In this document: piece after piece, positions 18,489 through 27,631 of the stretch
Position numbering within the stretch: position 1 is the stretch's first letter
Layout of the letters: every line of letters begins with the position of its first letter
NCBI GenBank assembly: GCA_963667725.2
Contig: CAXXHO010000005.1
Location: 544,001 to 608,000 of the forward strand
Source of the DNA: Treponemataceae bacterium
GTDB taxonomy: Bacteria; Spirochaetota; Spirochaetia; Treponematales; Rectinemataceae
Direction of reading: 5' to 3'
DNA: 64,000 nt
The notes under the pieces: generated by a model
What the model saw: only the letters and a program-made list of their open reading frames with translations
Database searches by the model: none
Told to the model about the DNA's origin: nothing
Translations under genes and position numbers: made by a program

Positions 18489-18889
18489 TCGGCGCCCTCC
18501 TTCGTCATTATTTCGAGAGCTCCCTTGGGGCAGGCTTTGGCGCAGGCGCCGCAGGATATGCATTTGAAGGGCATGGGGTTGCCGGGGAACCAGCGCATCG
18601 CGCCGATGGGGCATACGGCCACGCAGGCCAGGCAGCCGACGCATTTCTTGCTGTCGATAACGATAGCGCCTGCCTTGTTGCGCGAGATGGCCCGCGTCGG
18701 GCATTCGCGGACGCAGGCCATGCATTCCTGGTCGCAGACGACGAGGTGATAGGCCATCGCCGGCATCTCGTTCACTTGGATGCGGGATTTGGCGGGGTTG
18801 TCTTCCTTGAAATAGAGTTTCGAGCAGACCGACGCGCAGGTCATGCAGCCGACGCATTTTTTGTCGTTGGTGGCCAGATATTTGATCAC
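18485..18889 (-). CDS. Multi-[4Fe-4S] ferredoxin-like protein
   Basis: Repeated CxxCxxCxxxC(P) motifs; AGGAGG RBS; coupled to aor. Confidence 0.92.
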   Translation of the reverse strand: MIKYLATNDKKCVGCMTCASVCSKLYFKEDNPAKSRIQVNEMPAMAYHLVVCDQECMACVRECPTRAISRNKAGAIVIDSKKCVGCLACVAVCPIGAMRWFPGNPMPFKCISCGACAKACPKGALEIMTKEGAE

Positions 18890-19061
18890 GGTGGCAGGTC
18901 CTCCTTGCTTTACGGAACAAGCTCGCCATCAGGTCATTTTTGGTAGAGGACGTTATTATAGTATGGTTTTGGCGCGGAGGCAATGAGAAAGAGCAATGTG
19001 GTATATCAGATTCAGATGGAAGACGACGGCTTCGCGCATCCACCGGCGGCGGCGAACAAGC

Positions 19062-19796
19062 TTACAGAATATGTTCCAGAAACCTACGGGTGCGCTCTTC
19101 GCGCGGAGAGGTGAAGAAGGTCTCGGGCGGAGCCTCTTCCACGATCTGCCCCGCGTCCATGAAGATGATGCGGTGGGCGGCCGCCCTGGCGAAGCCCATC
19201 TCGTGCGAGACGACGAGCATGGTCATCCCCTCTTTGGCGAGGTCGGTCATGACGTCCAGCACTTCCTTGATCATTTCGGGATCGAGGGCGCTCGTCGGTT
19301 CGTCGAAGAGCATGACTTTGGGATTCATGGCGAGGGCGCGCGCGATGGCGACGCGCTGCTGCTGGCCGCCCGAGAGCTGTTCGGGCCAGGCTTTTTCCTT
19401 GTCTGAGAGGCCGACCTTGGCGAGAAGCTTGCGCGCCAGGACTGCCGCTTCTTCCTTACCCTGCTTGAGGACGATGATGGGCGACAGCGTGATGTTGTCG
19501 ATGACGCTCAGGTGAGGGAAGAGGTTGAAGCTCTGGAACACCATACCCACTTCCTCGCGGATGTGGCGGATATCGGCTTTTTCGTCCGTGACGCTTTCGC
19601 CGTCTATGGAAATGGAACCGGAGTCGAGGCGCTCGAGGCGGTTGACTGAACGCAGAAGCGTGCTCTTGCCCGAACCCGAGGGGCCGATGATGAGGACAAC
19701 CTCGCCTTTCTTGACGCTGAGGTCGACGCCCCTGAGGGCCTGGACTGTACCGCCGAAAGTTTTGACGGCGTTCTTTATCTCAATGTACGTTTCCAT
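19062..19796 (-). CDS. Polar amino-acid ABC transporter ATPase (GlnQ-like)
   Basis: [41 protein letters not shown]. Confidence 0.95.
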   Translation of the reverse strand: METYIEIKNAVKTFGGTVQALRGVDLSVKKGEVVLIIGPSGSGKSTLLRSVNRLERLDSGSISIDGESVTDEKADIRHIREEVGMVFQSFNLFPHLSVIDNITLSPIIVLKQGKEEAAVLARKLLAKVGLSDKEKAWPEQLSGGQQQRVAIARALAMNPKVMLFDEPTSALDPEMIKEVLDVMTDLAKEGMTMLVVSHEMGFARAAAHRIIFMDAGQIVEEAPPETFFTSPREERTRRFLEHIL

Positions 19797-20604
19797 TATG
19801 TCTCAGCCTTTCTTCCATGATCGCGACGAGGCGCGAGAAAAAGAGGGTCATCACCAGATAGATGAGCGCGATGACCGTGTAACTCTCGAAATACCTGAAT
19901 GACGTGGACGCGTATTCGCGGCCGCGGCGCAGGAGGTCGGAGACGGCCAGTATCGAGACGAGGGAGGAGTCCTTGAGGAGGGCGATGAACTCGTTTCCGA
20001 TGGGCGGCAAAATCACCCTTATGGTCTGGGGGATAATGACTCTCCGCATGGCGGCCGAGCGGGAAAGTCCGAGGGCGAGCGCGGCTTCCATCTGCCCCTT
20101 CGGTATGGCCTGAATGCCGGCGCGGAAAATTTCCGCCATATACGCCCCGTAGCAGATGGACATGGCCAGAATGGCGGCGGGCGGTCCCTGGAGTTTCAGG
20201 ATGGGGCCGAGGGCGTAATATATATAGAAGAGTTGGACGAGAAGCGGTATTCCGCGGATGATTTCCACGTAGATGGTCGAGATGAGGTTGATGGTTTTAT
20301 TCTGGGAAATACGCCCGAGGCCGGCAAAGAGCCCTATGATGAGGGCAAAGAAGATGGAGATGATCGTGACGGCGAAGGTGGCCATCAGTCCGTCGGGCAC
20401 GAAGGACAGGATTCGGAGGTAGGGATCGGGGCTGACGAAAGGTAAGAGGATGAGGAGCCCCACCGCGCCGAAAAACGAGATATTCCAGGCGGAAATGACA
20501 TGACCCTCATTCCTGAGGGGAATGAGGGTGCCATCGGTTACGTTGATGGTTGTCCGGTCGGAGTCTTTTTGGCTCCGGCCGGAAAACGGAGAACCCTTCG
20601 TCAT
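19780..20604 (-). CDS. Polar amino-acid ABC transporter permease
   Basis: [45 protein letters not shown]. Confidence 0.95.
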   Translation of the reverse strand: MTKGSPFSGRSQKDSDRTTINVTDGTLIPLRNEGHVISAWNISFFGAVGLLILLPFVSPDPYLRILSFVPDGLMATFAVTIISIFFALIIGLFAGLGRISQNKTINLISTIYVEIIRGIPLLVQLFYIYYALGPILKLQGPPAAILAMSICYGAYMAEIFRAGIQAIPKGQMEAALALGLSRSAAMRRVIIPQTIRVILPPIGNEFIALLKDSSLVSILAVSDLLRRGREYASTSFRYFESYTVIALIYLVMTLFFSRLVAIMEERLRHNGNVH

Positions 20605-20605
20605 G

Positions 20606-21370
20606 CTATTTGAGCCATTTCGCCGTCAGCTCGTCGAGCTTGCCCGATGACTTGACCTTGGCGAGTCCGTCGTTGAAGAGCTTGAGGGTTTTCTCGTCGC
20701 CTTTCTTGAAGGCGAAGCCGAGCCACTCATCGGTGAAGGGAACGCCTACGATCATGAGCTTGTCTTTGTAGGTGGGATTCTGGAGGGCGAAGTTGGCGGC
20801 GATGGGGGAGTCGGCGACGACGCCATCGATGTTGCCGTTCGCGAGATCCTGGTAGGCGAGTCCGACTTCGTCGTAGGTCTTGAGTTCGACGCCGGCGGCC
20901 TTGCCGATTTCCATGACGCCGGTGGTGCCGATCTGTCCGCCCACTTTCTTGCCCACGAGGTCGGCAAGGGTGGTGACGCCGGTGGTTTCCTTGCGCACGA
21001 CGAGGACCTGGCCCGCGTTGACGTAGGGCTCGGAGAAGTCCATGGTGGCCTTGCGTTCGTCGGTGATGGTAACGGAGGAGGCGATGGCCTGATAGTTGCC
21101 CGCGGCGAGTCCGGCGAAGATGCCGTCCCAGGCGGTGTTCTTGATTTCGACTTCGAATCCGCCGGCCTTGGCGACTTCGTTGACGAGGTCGATATCGAAA
21201 CCGACAACGTTTTTATTCTCGTCGACAAATTCCATGGGAGGCCATGTGGCATCGGAGGCGACGACGATTTTCGTGGTTTTCTTGGCACAGGAGGAGAGAC
21301 CTGCCGAGCCTATGGCGACTACGGAGGCGAGAAGGATGAAGGCGATGAGTTTTGACCAGGATTTCTTCAT
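20606..21370 (-). CDS. Basic amino-acid ABC transporter substrate-binding lipoprotein
   Basis: Lipobox LSSC, DATWPPMEF, GFDIDL, TITDERK..MDFSEPY. Confidence 0.92.
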   Translation of the reverse strand: MKKSWSKLIAFILLASVVAIGSAGLSSCAKKTTKIVVASDATWPPMEFVDENKNVVGFDIDLVNEVAKAGGFEVEIKNTAWDGIFAGLAAGNYQAIASSVTITDERKATMDFSEPYVNAGQVLVVRKETTGVTTLADLVGKKVGGQIGTTGVMEIGKAAGVELKTYDEVGLAYQDLANGNIDGVVADSPIAANFALQNPTYKDKLMIVGVPFTDEWLGFAFKKGDEKTLKLFNDGLAKVKSSGKLDELTAKWLK

Positions 21371-21427
21371 TACGGCGCTCCTTGGTATCGTTCCGCTTGA
21401 TTCTGCACATGCGGAAGATTTCCTGGG

Positions 21428-21456
21428 AGAATACGGTAAATGGCATATAGTGTCAA
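21428..21456 (-). promoter_or_regulatory. Sigma70 promoter of the amino-acid ABC operon
   Basis: TTGACA-N17-TATTCT on minus. Confidence 0.7.
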
Positions 21457-21472
21457 TAATCCTGCATAAATT

Positions 21473-21511
21473 CTTGCAATAAAATGCATAGACTAAGTAT
21501 ATTTATACATA
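21473..21511. promoter_or_regulatory. Tandem ARG boxes (ArgR-type operator)
   Basis: Cores TGCAATAAAATGCA (21475-21488) and AGTATATTTATACA (21496-21509), 21 bp start to start, the canonical 18+3 arrangement. Confidence 0.6.
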
Positions 21512-21600
21512 TATTCGTTCTGATCGCCGCTACCCTTCCCTCTTCTTATCATTAGGTTGTCCCGCTTGCGGCGTCCAAGCCGCGCTGATACCATCGAATC

Positions 21601-21804
21601 ATGAAAGTCACGATCAATCTTGAAGACCACGAATTCCCCGAAAAGGAACTCAGCGTCTCCGAGATCATGAAACGGATGAAGTACACCTTCCCCCATATCA
21701 TAACCAGGTTGAACGGGCATCTGGTGGATCGGGAAAACCGCGAAGCCACCTTGGCGTCGAACGGCGATGATCTGGAAATCTACCATCTCATAAGCGGAGG
21801 CTGA
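21601..21804 (+). CDS. ThiS/MoaD-family sulfur carrier protein
   Basis: 67 aa, RLNG, GDDLEI and C-terminal GG. Confidence 0.88.
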   Translation: MKVTINLEDHEFPEKELSVSEIMKRMKYTFPHIITRLNGHLVDRENREATLASNGDDLEIYHLISGG

Positions 21805-21910
21805 ACGGAAGCGCTTGATGAATCCATTCGCCGAGTTACGCGATCCCGATGGGAAAATTTAAAAGCCGTGCTATAATCGTAAAGAAATCTATATAAAAGG
21901 ATGCTTAGCG

Positions 21911-23686
21911 ATGAAAAAAGCCCTGCTTCTGTTGTTCGCGATTTGCCTTCTGGCCGGCTCGGTTTCGGCCGCCGACGGCGCGAAAAATCTTCAGAAAATC
22001 TACGCGGTGGACTCGGATGTCTACAAAGCCCTCACCTATCTGTATCTGGATCAAGGGTATTCACTCCCATCCACGACAGGTCCCTGGAGCGCCGACGAAC
22101 TCCTGAAAATGCTCGACAAGATCAATCCCGCCGCGCTTAAAAGCGGAGCGGTGACCACCTATGACTTCGTCCTGGGCGAACTGGACCAGAAGCGGAAGGC
22201 GGTCAAGTTCGGGCTGACAACATCGGCGGAGGCCTATTATCATACCAATACAGACTTCAACGACGAGAGTGATTGGATCAGGGGCTTTGACGAACGCAAT
22301 CCCGTCCTTGATATTGTCCTCGAGACCTGGCCATCGGAGCACTTCTACGGGTACAGCTCCCTTTCCGTGGGAAACAGCCGCTACAACAGCTGGAGCACGA
22401 CCGAAGGCGCGGTTTCGACTCTTTGGGGCGCGAGCGCCTTGACCACGAACATACCATTGGTCGCTCCCGCTGTCCTGACCGATCTCGACTTCAATATTCC
22501 CTACAGGGCTTTCGGCTCGATCGGCGGAGATGGATGGAGCGTTCAGGTCGGCCGCGACAAGATGTCCTGGGGTCCGGGAGAAACAGGCAACTTCGTGATG
22601 AGCGACAATTTGCTGTATCAAAACATGGGGAAGCTGACGACCTACGGCAAGAATTTCAAGTATACCTTCGCCACTTCCTTCTTCCCCTACCCTGAAGAAT
22701 ACTATCCAGTCATAGATGACACGACCGGGGCTTTCATCAACAACGGAAGCCAGGCCACCCTGGCTTCGGGACTCAACATGTTCATCGGCCATCGTCTCGA
22801 AGGAAGGCTCTTCAATAACAAGGTTGGCCTTGTCGTCACGGAAGCGATTATGTACCAGTCGGCCGACAATACGCTCGACCTGCGCGTCCTGAGCCCCACG
22901 GCCATATTTCACAACTACTACATCAGGAACAACGCGAACTCCATCATCTCCTTCGAGCTCGACTACACTCCCTTCCGCTTTGTGAACCTTTACGGCCAGG
23001 CGGTTGTCGATGAGTTCGCCCTTCCCGGCGAACCCGTGCCCGGCGTGGACAACGATGCCCTCCCCAACGGCTACGGCTTCATGGCAGGAGCCAAAGGCTC
23101 CTATCCGCTCGGCAAGGGCATGCTCTTCGGTTCGGCGGAGTGGGCGAAGACCGACCCCTACCTCTACCTTCGCGACATCGGTACCTGGGCCCATTCCCAA
23201 GACCAGGGTAAATACGGCATCAACTGGGTCGTCGCCCTCCGCGAGTTTTCCCAAGGCACGACGAGCTATACCGAGGATTTCCTCGGCTACCAGTACGGCG
23301 GCGACGCTATCGTCTACAACGCCAACATGGGCTACAAACAGTTCGGGAAATGGTCGTTCGAGGGGAACGTTTTCTTCATGATCCACGGCACCCACGACAA
23401 GTGGACCACATGGAGCGAAGTGGGCGCGGGCACGGGAGATGTACCGAACGTTGAGACGCCGACCACTACCCACTACACCGCCAACAACGGCGACCTGAAC
23501 GCTAACCTGCGCGACAGCACCAGCCAAACCTTGGTGGTAGGCGTGCGCGGCGGATATACGATAGTAAAGGGTCTCGATGCCTATGCCCAGGCTGATTACA
23601 TCTACATCAAGAACCCGGGCAATCTCAGCAGCGCCGCGCCTATCAGCGACATCCAGCTGACAGTGGGCTGCTCCTACTCGTTCTGA
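21911..23686 (+). CDS. Secreted putative outer-membrane beta-barrel protein (Wzi-like), paralog 1
   Basis: Signal peptide, VGRDKMSWGPG..GNF, HRLE, P.AIFHN, YGQ..VDE, GYQYGGDA, C-terminal YSF. Confidence 0.6.
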   Translation: MKKALLLLFAICLLAGSVSAADGAKNLQKIYAVDSDVYKALTYLYLDQGYSLPSTTGPWSADELLKMLDKINPAALKSGAVTTYDFVLGELDQKRKAVKFGLTTSAEAYYHTNTDFNDESDWIRGFDERNPVLDIVLETWPSEHFYGYSSLSVGNSRYNSWSTTEGAVSTLWGASALTTNIPLVAPAVLTDLDFNIPYRAFGSIGGDGWSVQVGRDKMSWGPGETGNFVMSDNLLYQNMGKLTTYGKNFKYTFATSFFPYPEEYYPVIDDTTGAFINNGSQATLASGLNMFIGHRLEGRLFNNKVGLVVTEAIMYQSADNTLDLRVLSPTAIFHNYYIRNNANSIISFELDYTPFRFVNLYGQAVVDEFALPGEPVPGVDNDALPNGYGFMAGAKGSYPLGKGMLFGSAEWAKTDPYLYLRDIGTWAHSQDQGKYGINWVVALREFSQGTTSYTEDFLGYQYGGDAIVYNANMGYKQFGKWSFEGNVFFMIHGTHDKWTTWSEVGAGTGDVPNVETPTTTHYTANNGDLNANLRDSTSQTLVVGVRGGYTIVKGLDAYAQADYIYIKNPGNLSSAAPISDIQLTVGCSYSF

Positions 23687-23741
23687 AGCAAGGCTTCACG
23701 CCTCCATGAAGGGGCTGCGAGTAAGTTGAACACAGTATAGA

Positions 23742-23769
23742 AAAAGGGCTGTCCTCGGACAGCCCTTTT
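23742..23769. terminator. Bidirectional intrinsic terminator
   Basis: AAAAGGGCTGTCC-TC-GGACAGCCCTTTT between convergent genes. Confidence 0.85.
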
Positions 23770-23795
23770 CATTTCTATCGAACCCCAGGCTTCCG

Positions 23796-25217
23796 TCAGG
23801 GAGCGGAGCCCGTGGCGAAGCGGCGCGCAAATCCCAGGGTGAGGGAGAGGATGGCCGCGTCGGCTCCGCGCTTGGAGAATCCGGCGTTCACCGTGCCCAG
23901 GGAGTTGTGTCCGAGGATGATCTCCGCGCCAAGCGAAACGTCATAGCCCATGGTGATGGGAGTCTGCGGACCCAACCAATTCTCTGAATATGGCGACGCG
24001 TAGGTCGTTTCCCCGGACTCCGCGCCCAGAAAAGCCACCCTGACTTCACCGGCAAGCGACAGGCCGGGAAGCGTATAGCTCAGATTGCCTCTGACCAGGA
24101 TCCTGTCCGGCCCCAGCGGGTAGGAAAACCACGAGGGGATCGTGTTCCAGCTCGAATCGGTCTGCATGAAATAGCGCGTGGAATATGCTTGCCCTGGGTT
24201 AGTTCCGTTTCGACGATAGAGGTAGGTGGACGCCCAATACCCGTCCAGCGTCGCCACGAGGCCGCCTTCCAGGGCCTTGCCGTCCAGGGCGAGGCTATAA
24301 TCCTCGTGAAAATAGCGGGGGCGAATTATTACGGCGCTATCCAGAATCCGCCATTGGGCTCCGGCGGAAAATCCGAAGGCGCTGGGATTGGAGCCCGAGC
24401 CCTCGGCGCCGAGCTGGAAATCATCCATGAGAATTTCCGCGTATATCCTCAAGGGCGAAACAGGTCTCCATTCGCCGTCCAGATGGAACATGACGTTCGA
24501 ACCATCGGCGAAGAGATGGTGATAGATGAGGAAAGGGGCGAGATCCTGAAGATCGAGATCGACGCCGGTGACGAGATTGTATTCGGCAAAGCCGAAGGAG
24601 AGGGTAGGGAAATCGATGCCGAGCCGATGAAAGAAGAGGCTTTTAGCGTCATCGGCGGCTCCGGACGTGCGGGCCACGCTGATCGCGAGAAAGTCGTAGC
24701 CCAGGGAGCCTTTGCCGAACGGAGCCGACAGTCCCGCCAGAATATGATCGTAGCGGGGATTGCCGCCCGACACGGAAAGCGAACCGACGCCGCGCCCGAT
24801 ATTGATGGCGCGCCGGCCGAGCGAAAGCCGCCACCAGTCGCCGGAACCCTCGACGAAGCCGACGTTGGGATAGTTGTTGGAAAACATAAAAGTCGAGGCA
24901 TCTCGCGATAAGGGCAGATTCGTCAGCTCCCCGCCGCGAAGCATCTCGCCCATATCCTGCTGCAGTTCAACAACCATAGCCGCGCCGAACGGCCCCGCGG
25001 AGAGGGAGAATCCTCCCGAAAGAAAGGCAGGCCTGGCCATATAGGCGCTGAGATCGTCGATGGTGGGAACGTAGCTGTCGGATTCGGCGGGCCGCCCCGA
25101 AAAGTACAGAATGGGCGCTATATCGGCCCAGAATCCGGTTCCGAACGCTGTATTCTGGGCCGCCAGAGGCGCGGCGGCCGCGATGACAATCAGGACAAAT
25201 AGCGTAAATCGCTTCAA
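23796..25217 (-). CDS. Secreted putative outer-membrane protein (Wzi-like), paralog 2
   Basis: Signal peptide, WRLSLGRR..IG.G, FHRLG, PFLIYHH, YAEILMDDF, SYPLGPD. Confidence 0.55.
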   Translation of the reverse strand: MKRFTLFVLIVIAAAAPLAAQNTAFGTGFWADIAPILYFSGRPAESDSYVPTIDDLSAYMARPAFLSGGFSLSAGPFGAAMVVELQQDMGEMLRGGELTNLPLSRDASTFMFSNNYPNVGFVEGSGDWWRLSLGRRAINIGRGVGSLSVSGGNPRYDHILAGLSAPFGKGSLGYDFLAISVARTSGAADDAKSLFFHRLGIDFPTLSFGFAEYNLVTGVDLDLQDLAPFLIYHHLFADGSNVMFHLDGEWRPVSPLRIYAEILMDDFQLGAEGSGSNPSAFGFSAGAQWRILDSAVIIRPRYFHEDYSLALDGKALEGGLVATLDGYWASTYLYRRNGTNPGQAYSTRYFMQTDSSWNTIPSWFSYPLGPDRILVRGNLSYTLPGLSLAGEVRVAFLGAESGETTYASPYSENWLGPQTPITMGYDVSLGAEIILGHNSLGTVNAGFSKRGADAAILSLTLGFARRFATGSAP

Positions 25218-25230
25218 TTAAATTTTCCGA

Positions 25231-25743
25231 TCATCGTTTCGCCATGGAGTCGTGGAAATCTATGTCCTTGGCGTCCCAAGGGTAGACAATCCAGACATCG
25301 CCGAGTTCCTCCCCTACGATATAGTGGGAAACCTGCTCGGGGATGGTTCCGCGTTTGGGCTTGTTTTTGTTGTGCAGCACCGACACGGCGATTTCGGCCG
25401 GATGATGGCTCAAGAGTTCCTTGATGCAATACTCAAGGGTGGTGCGCGAATCATCCACCTCGTCGATGAGAAGAATCTTCTTGCCCCTGAGCTTGCGTTC
25501 GGCTTCTTCGATCCACTGGACTTTACGCGGGAACTCCGTGGGTTTATCGTTGGCGTCGTAGTAGGCGATGCCGACGGCCAGGATGGGTGCGCCCAAAAAG
25601 GTTCTGATGATCCTGGCGGGGATGAAGCCGCCGGTTCCGATGGCTACGATGACGTCGGGGGAAAAGCCGGCCGCGGTGATCCGTTCGGCCATGCTTTTCG
25701 CCGTTCTATGGATTTCCTGATAACTGAAGTAACGCTTTTCCAT
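25231..25743 (-). CDS. Type I phosphoribosyltransferase (purine PRTase-like)
   Basis: AIGTGGFIPA, PRPP motif ILLIDEVDDSRTTL, WIVYPW; start ATG 25743. Confidence 0.9.
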   Translation of the reverse strand: MEKRYFSYQEIHRTAKSMAERITAAGFSPDVIVAIGTGGFIPARIIRTFLGAPILAVGIAYYDANDKPTEFPRKVQWIEEAERKLRGKKILLIDEVDDSRTTLEYCIKELLSHHPAEIAVSVLHNKNKPKRGTIPEQVSHYIVGEELGDVWIVYPWDAKDIDFHDSMAKR

Positions 25744-25857
25744 GGAAAGATTGTAAGGCAAGTCGTCATCTTGGGCAATGGTGGGGCTCGCCCTTTCCTT
25801 TTCGGATTTCCCGGCTTTTTGGAGAGATCTGCTTTAGAATGTAAATCGAGGACGACG

Positions 25858-27612
25858 ATGATCAGATACATACTTTCAATCGTTATGGCTTTCGGGTTCG
25901 CGCTCTTCGCCTTCGCCCTTCCGGGACAGGGAATCCAGGGACAGATAAACAGGCCCGTTTCGCAGGAGATGATTCCGCTCTCATCGTCCATCTACATGGA
26001 CATGGACGCTCTCTATCTGGCGACCGGGAATGGAACCCCTTCCAACGCCCGCCCCTGGAGCAAGACGGAAGCCAACCTGATTCTTTCCCGTCTGGACAGG
26101 GCCAGCCTAAATCGTACAGGACTCGTCTTGTACGATTCCATCGCGGCCGCGATCGCGCCTGGCCTGAAATTCGCTTTCAGGGACGGCTTCGGGTTCGGCG
26201 CCTCGCTGACGGCCAGTTTCGAGGCTTACTCGCACAGCAACGCCGACTACGACCTGGAGTCGGACTGGATCTACGGCTTCGAGCGGCGCGCGCCCATGGC
26301 GAAGCTGTCGCTGGACTTTTCGGTCAAGGATTTCTTCTATGCCTACTGCGACATGCAGTACGGACGCAACCGCTTCAACATAGCGGACGACCTGTTCGTG
26401 GCCACCACGCGCTACGGCGCCGGAATCGGCGCCATCATCGACCCCACGGACACGAACGCGATCCTGGGCGCCCACTCGTCCATCTTCAGCCAACCTTTCC
26501 TCACCAACATCCTCGAACACAGCATCGATTTTGACTTCCAGTGGCCCAAAAGGGCGGTGTCGGCCATCGGCGGGGCGAACTGGAACATCTCCCTCTCCCG
26601 CGACAAGCTGAGCTGGGGAAACGGCCACTCAGGCAATTTCGTCGTGGACGACCACGTCGACTATCAGGAATTCGCCAGGCTCGTCGCCTTCACCGATGCC
26701 TTCAAATACGATTTCCTCAACATTTTCCTCGACACGAACACTTCTCCCGGCGAAAATCCCGACAGCGAATTCAAGCTGCTCATGGCGCATCGGCTGGAAT
26801 TCAGGATCCTCAAGGGGCTGACCTTCGCGATCTCCGAAAACGTGATGTACCAGAACACGGTCTTCGATTTGAGATATCTCAATCCGGCCTTCATCTACCA
26901 CAACTTGAACAACAGCGGCATCTTCAACGCGATCGCGCACGCTGAGCTCGATTACAGCTTCGCGAAAGGCTTCAACCTCTACGCGCAGTTCGTGATGGAT
27001 CAGGCCATGGCCCCGAACGAGGGAACGGCCCAGGCCGACGCCAAGGGCTATATGGGCGGCATCGAATACGCTTCCTTGGCCGGACCCGGCATCTTCACCT
27101 CGTCCCTGGAGTTCGTGTCGACCGACCCCCTGCTCTATCGCCGCGAAAAGGTGGACTTCCTTATGTTCCGAAAATACTTCACCAACGGCAACCCCGGCGG
27201 CCCAGGCTATGTCCTCAGCCTCGACTATATCGGCTACCAGTATGGCGGAGACGCCCAGGTGCTGCAGTGGGATGCCGCCTACCGCCTTCCCGACAAAGGG
27301 ACCATAGGTCTGCGGCTGTTCGGGATGCGCCACGGCGAGATGAATTTTTTCAAGTCGCACAACTCCGGCGGCAACAATGCCGGCTATGCCGACTACGCGG
27401 GAATCACTCCCTCGGGCGATCTGATCGCCGAAACTATCGCCGCGAGTCTCATGGGGGAATTCCGGGCGCCCACGCCGCTGTCATGGGTCGAAGCCAAGCT
27501 ATGGGCCGAACTGGACTGGATCCACCGGAGAACCTGGACGAAATCGACCGACAGCCGCACGGCCTGGAGTTCCGATCTGCAGCTGAGCGCCGGCTGCTCA
27601 CTGACGCTCTAG
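25858..27612 (+). CDS. Secreted putative outer-membrane protein (Wzi-like), paralog 3
   Basis: ATG 25858 with signal peptide; clearly similar to 21911-23686 (MDALYL..G..PS..RPWS..E, RDKLSWG.GHSGNF, HRLE, P.FIYHN, GYQYGGDA). Confidence 0.6.
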   Translation: MIRYILSIVMAFGFALFAFALPGQGIQGQINRPVSQEMIPLSSSIYMDMDALYLATGNGTPSNARPWSKTEANLILSRLDRASLNRTGLVLYDSIAAAIAPGLKFAFRDGFGFGASLTASFEAYSHSNADYDLESDWIYGFERRAPMAKLSLDFSVKDFFYAYCDMQYGRNRFNIADDLFVATTRYGAGIGAIIDPTDTNAILGAHSSIFSQPFLTNILEHSIDFDFQWPKRAVSAIGGANWNISLSRDKLSWGNGHSGNFVVDDHVDYQEFARLVAFTDAFKYDFLNIFLDTNTSPGENPDSEFKLLMAHRLEFRILKGLTFAISENVMYQNTVFDLRYLNPAFIYHNLNNSGIFNAIAHAELDYSFAKGFNLYAQFVMDQAMAPNEGTAQADAKGYMGGIEYASLAGPGIFTSSLEFVSTDPLLYRREKVDFLMFRKYFTNGNPGGPGYVLSLDYIGYQYGGDAQVLQWDAAYRLPDKGTIGLRLFGMRHGEMNFFKSHNSGGNNAGYADYAGITPSGDLIAETIAASLMGEFRAPTPLSWVEAKLWAELDWIHRRTWTKSTDSRTAWSSDLQLSAGCSLTL

Positions 27613-27631
27613 GCGGCCGCGCTGACGCCGC

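Noticed and set aside
18489..19043. N-terminal 185 aa of the 903-aa AOR ORF as a fusion domain
   Set aside because: Overlaps the ferredoxin gene in another frame; AOR begins at ATG 18488 with GGAGG RBS.
25252..25857. N-terminal part of the 786-aa ORF
   Set aside because: Antisense to the PRTase; the signal peptide starts at ATG 25858.
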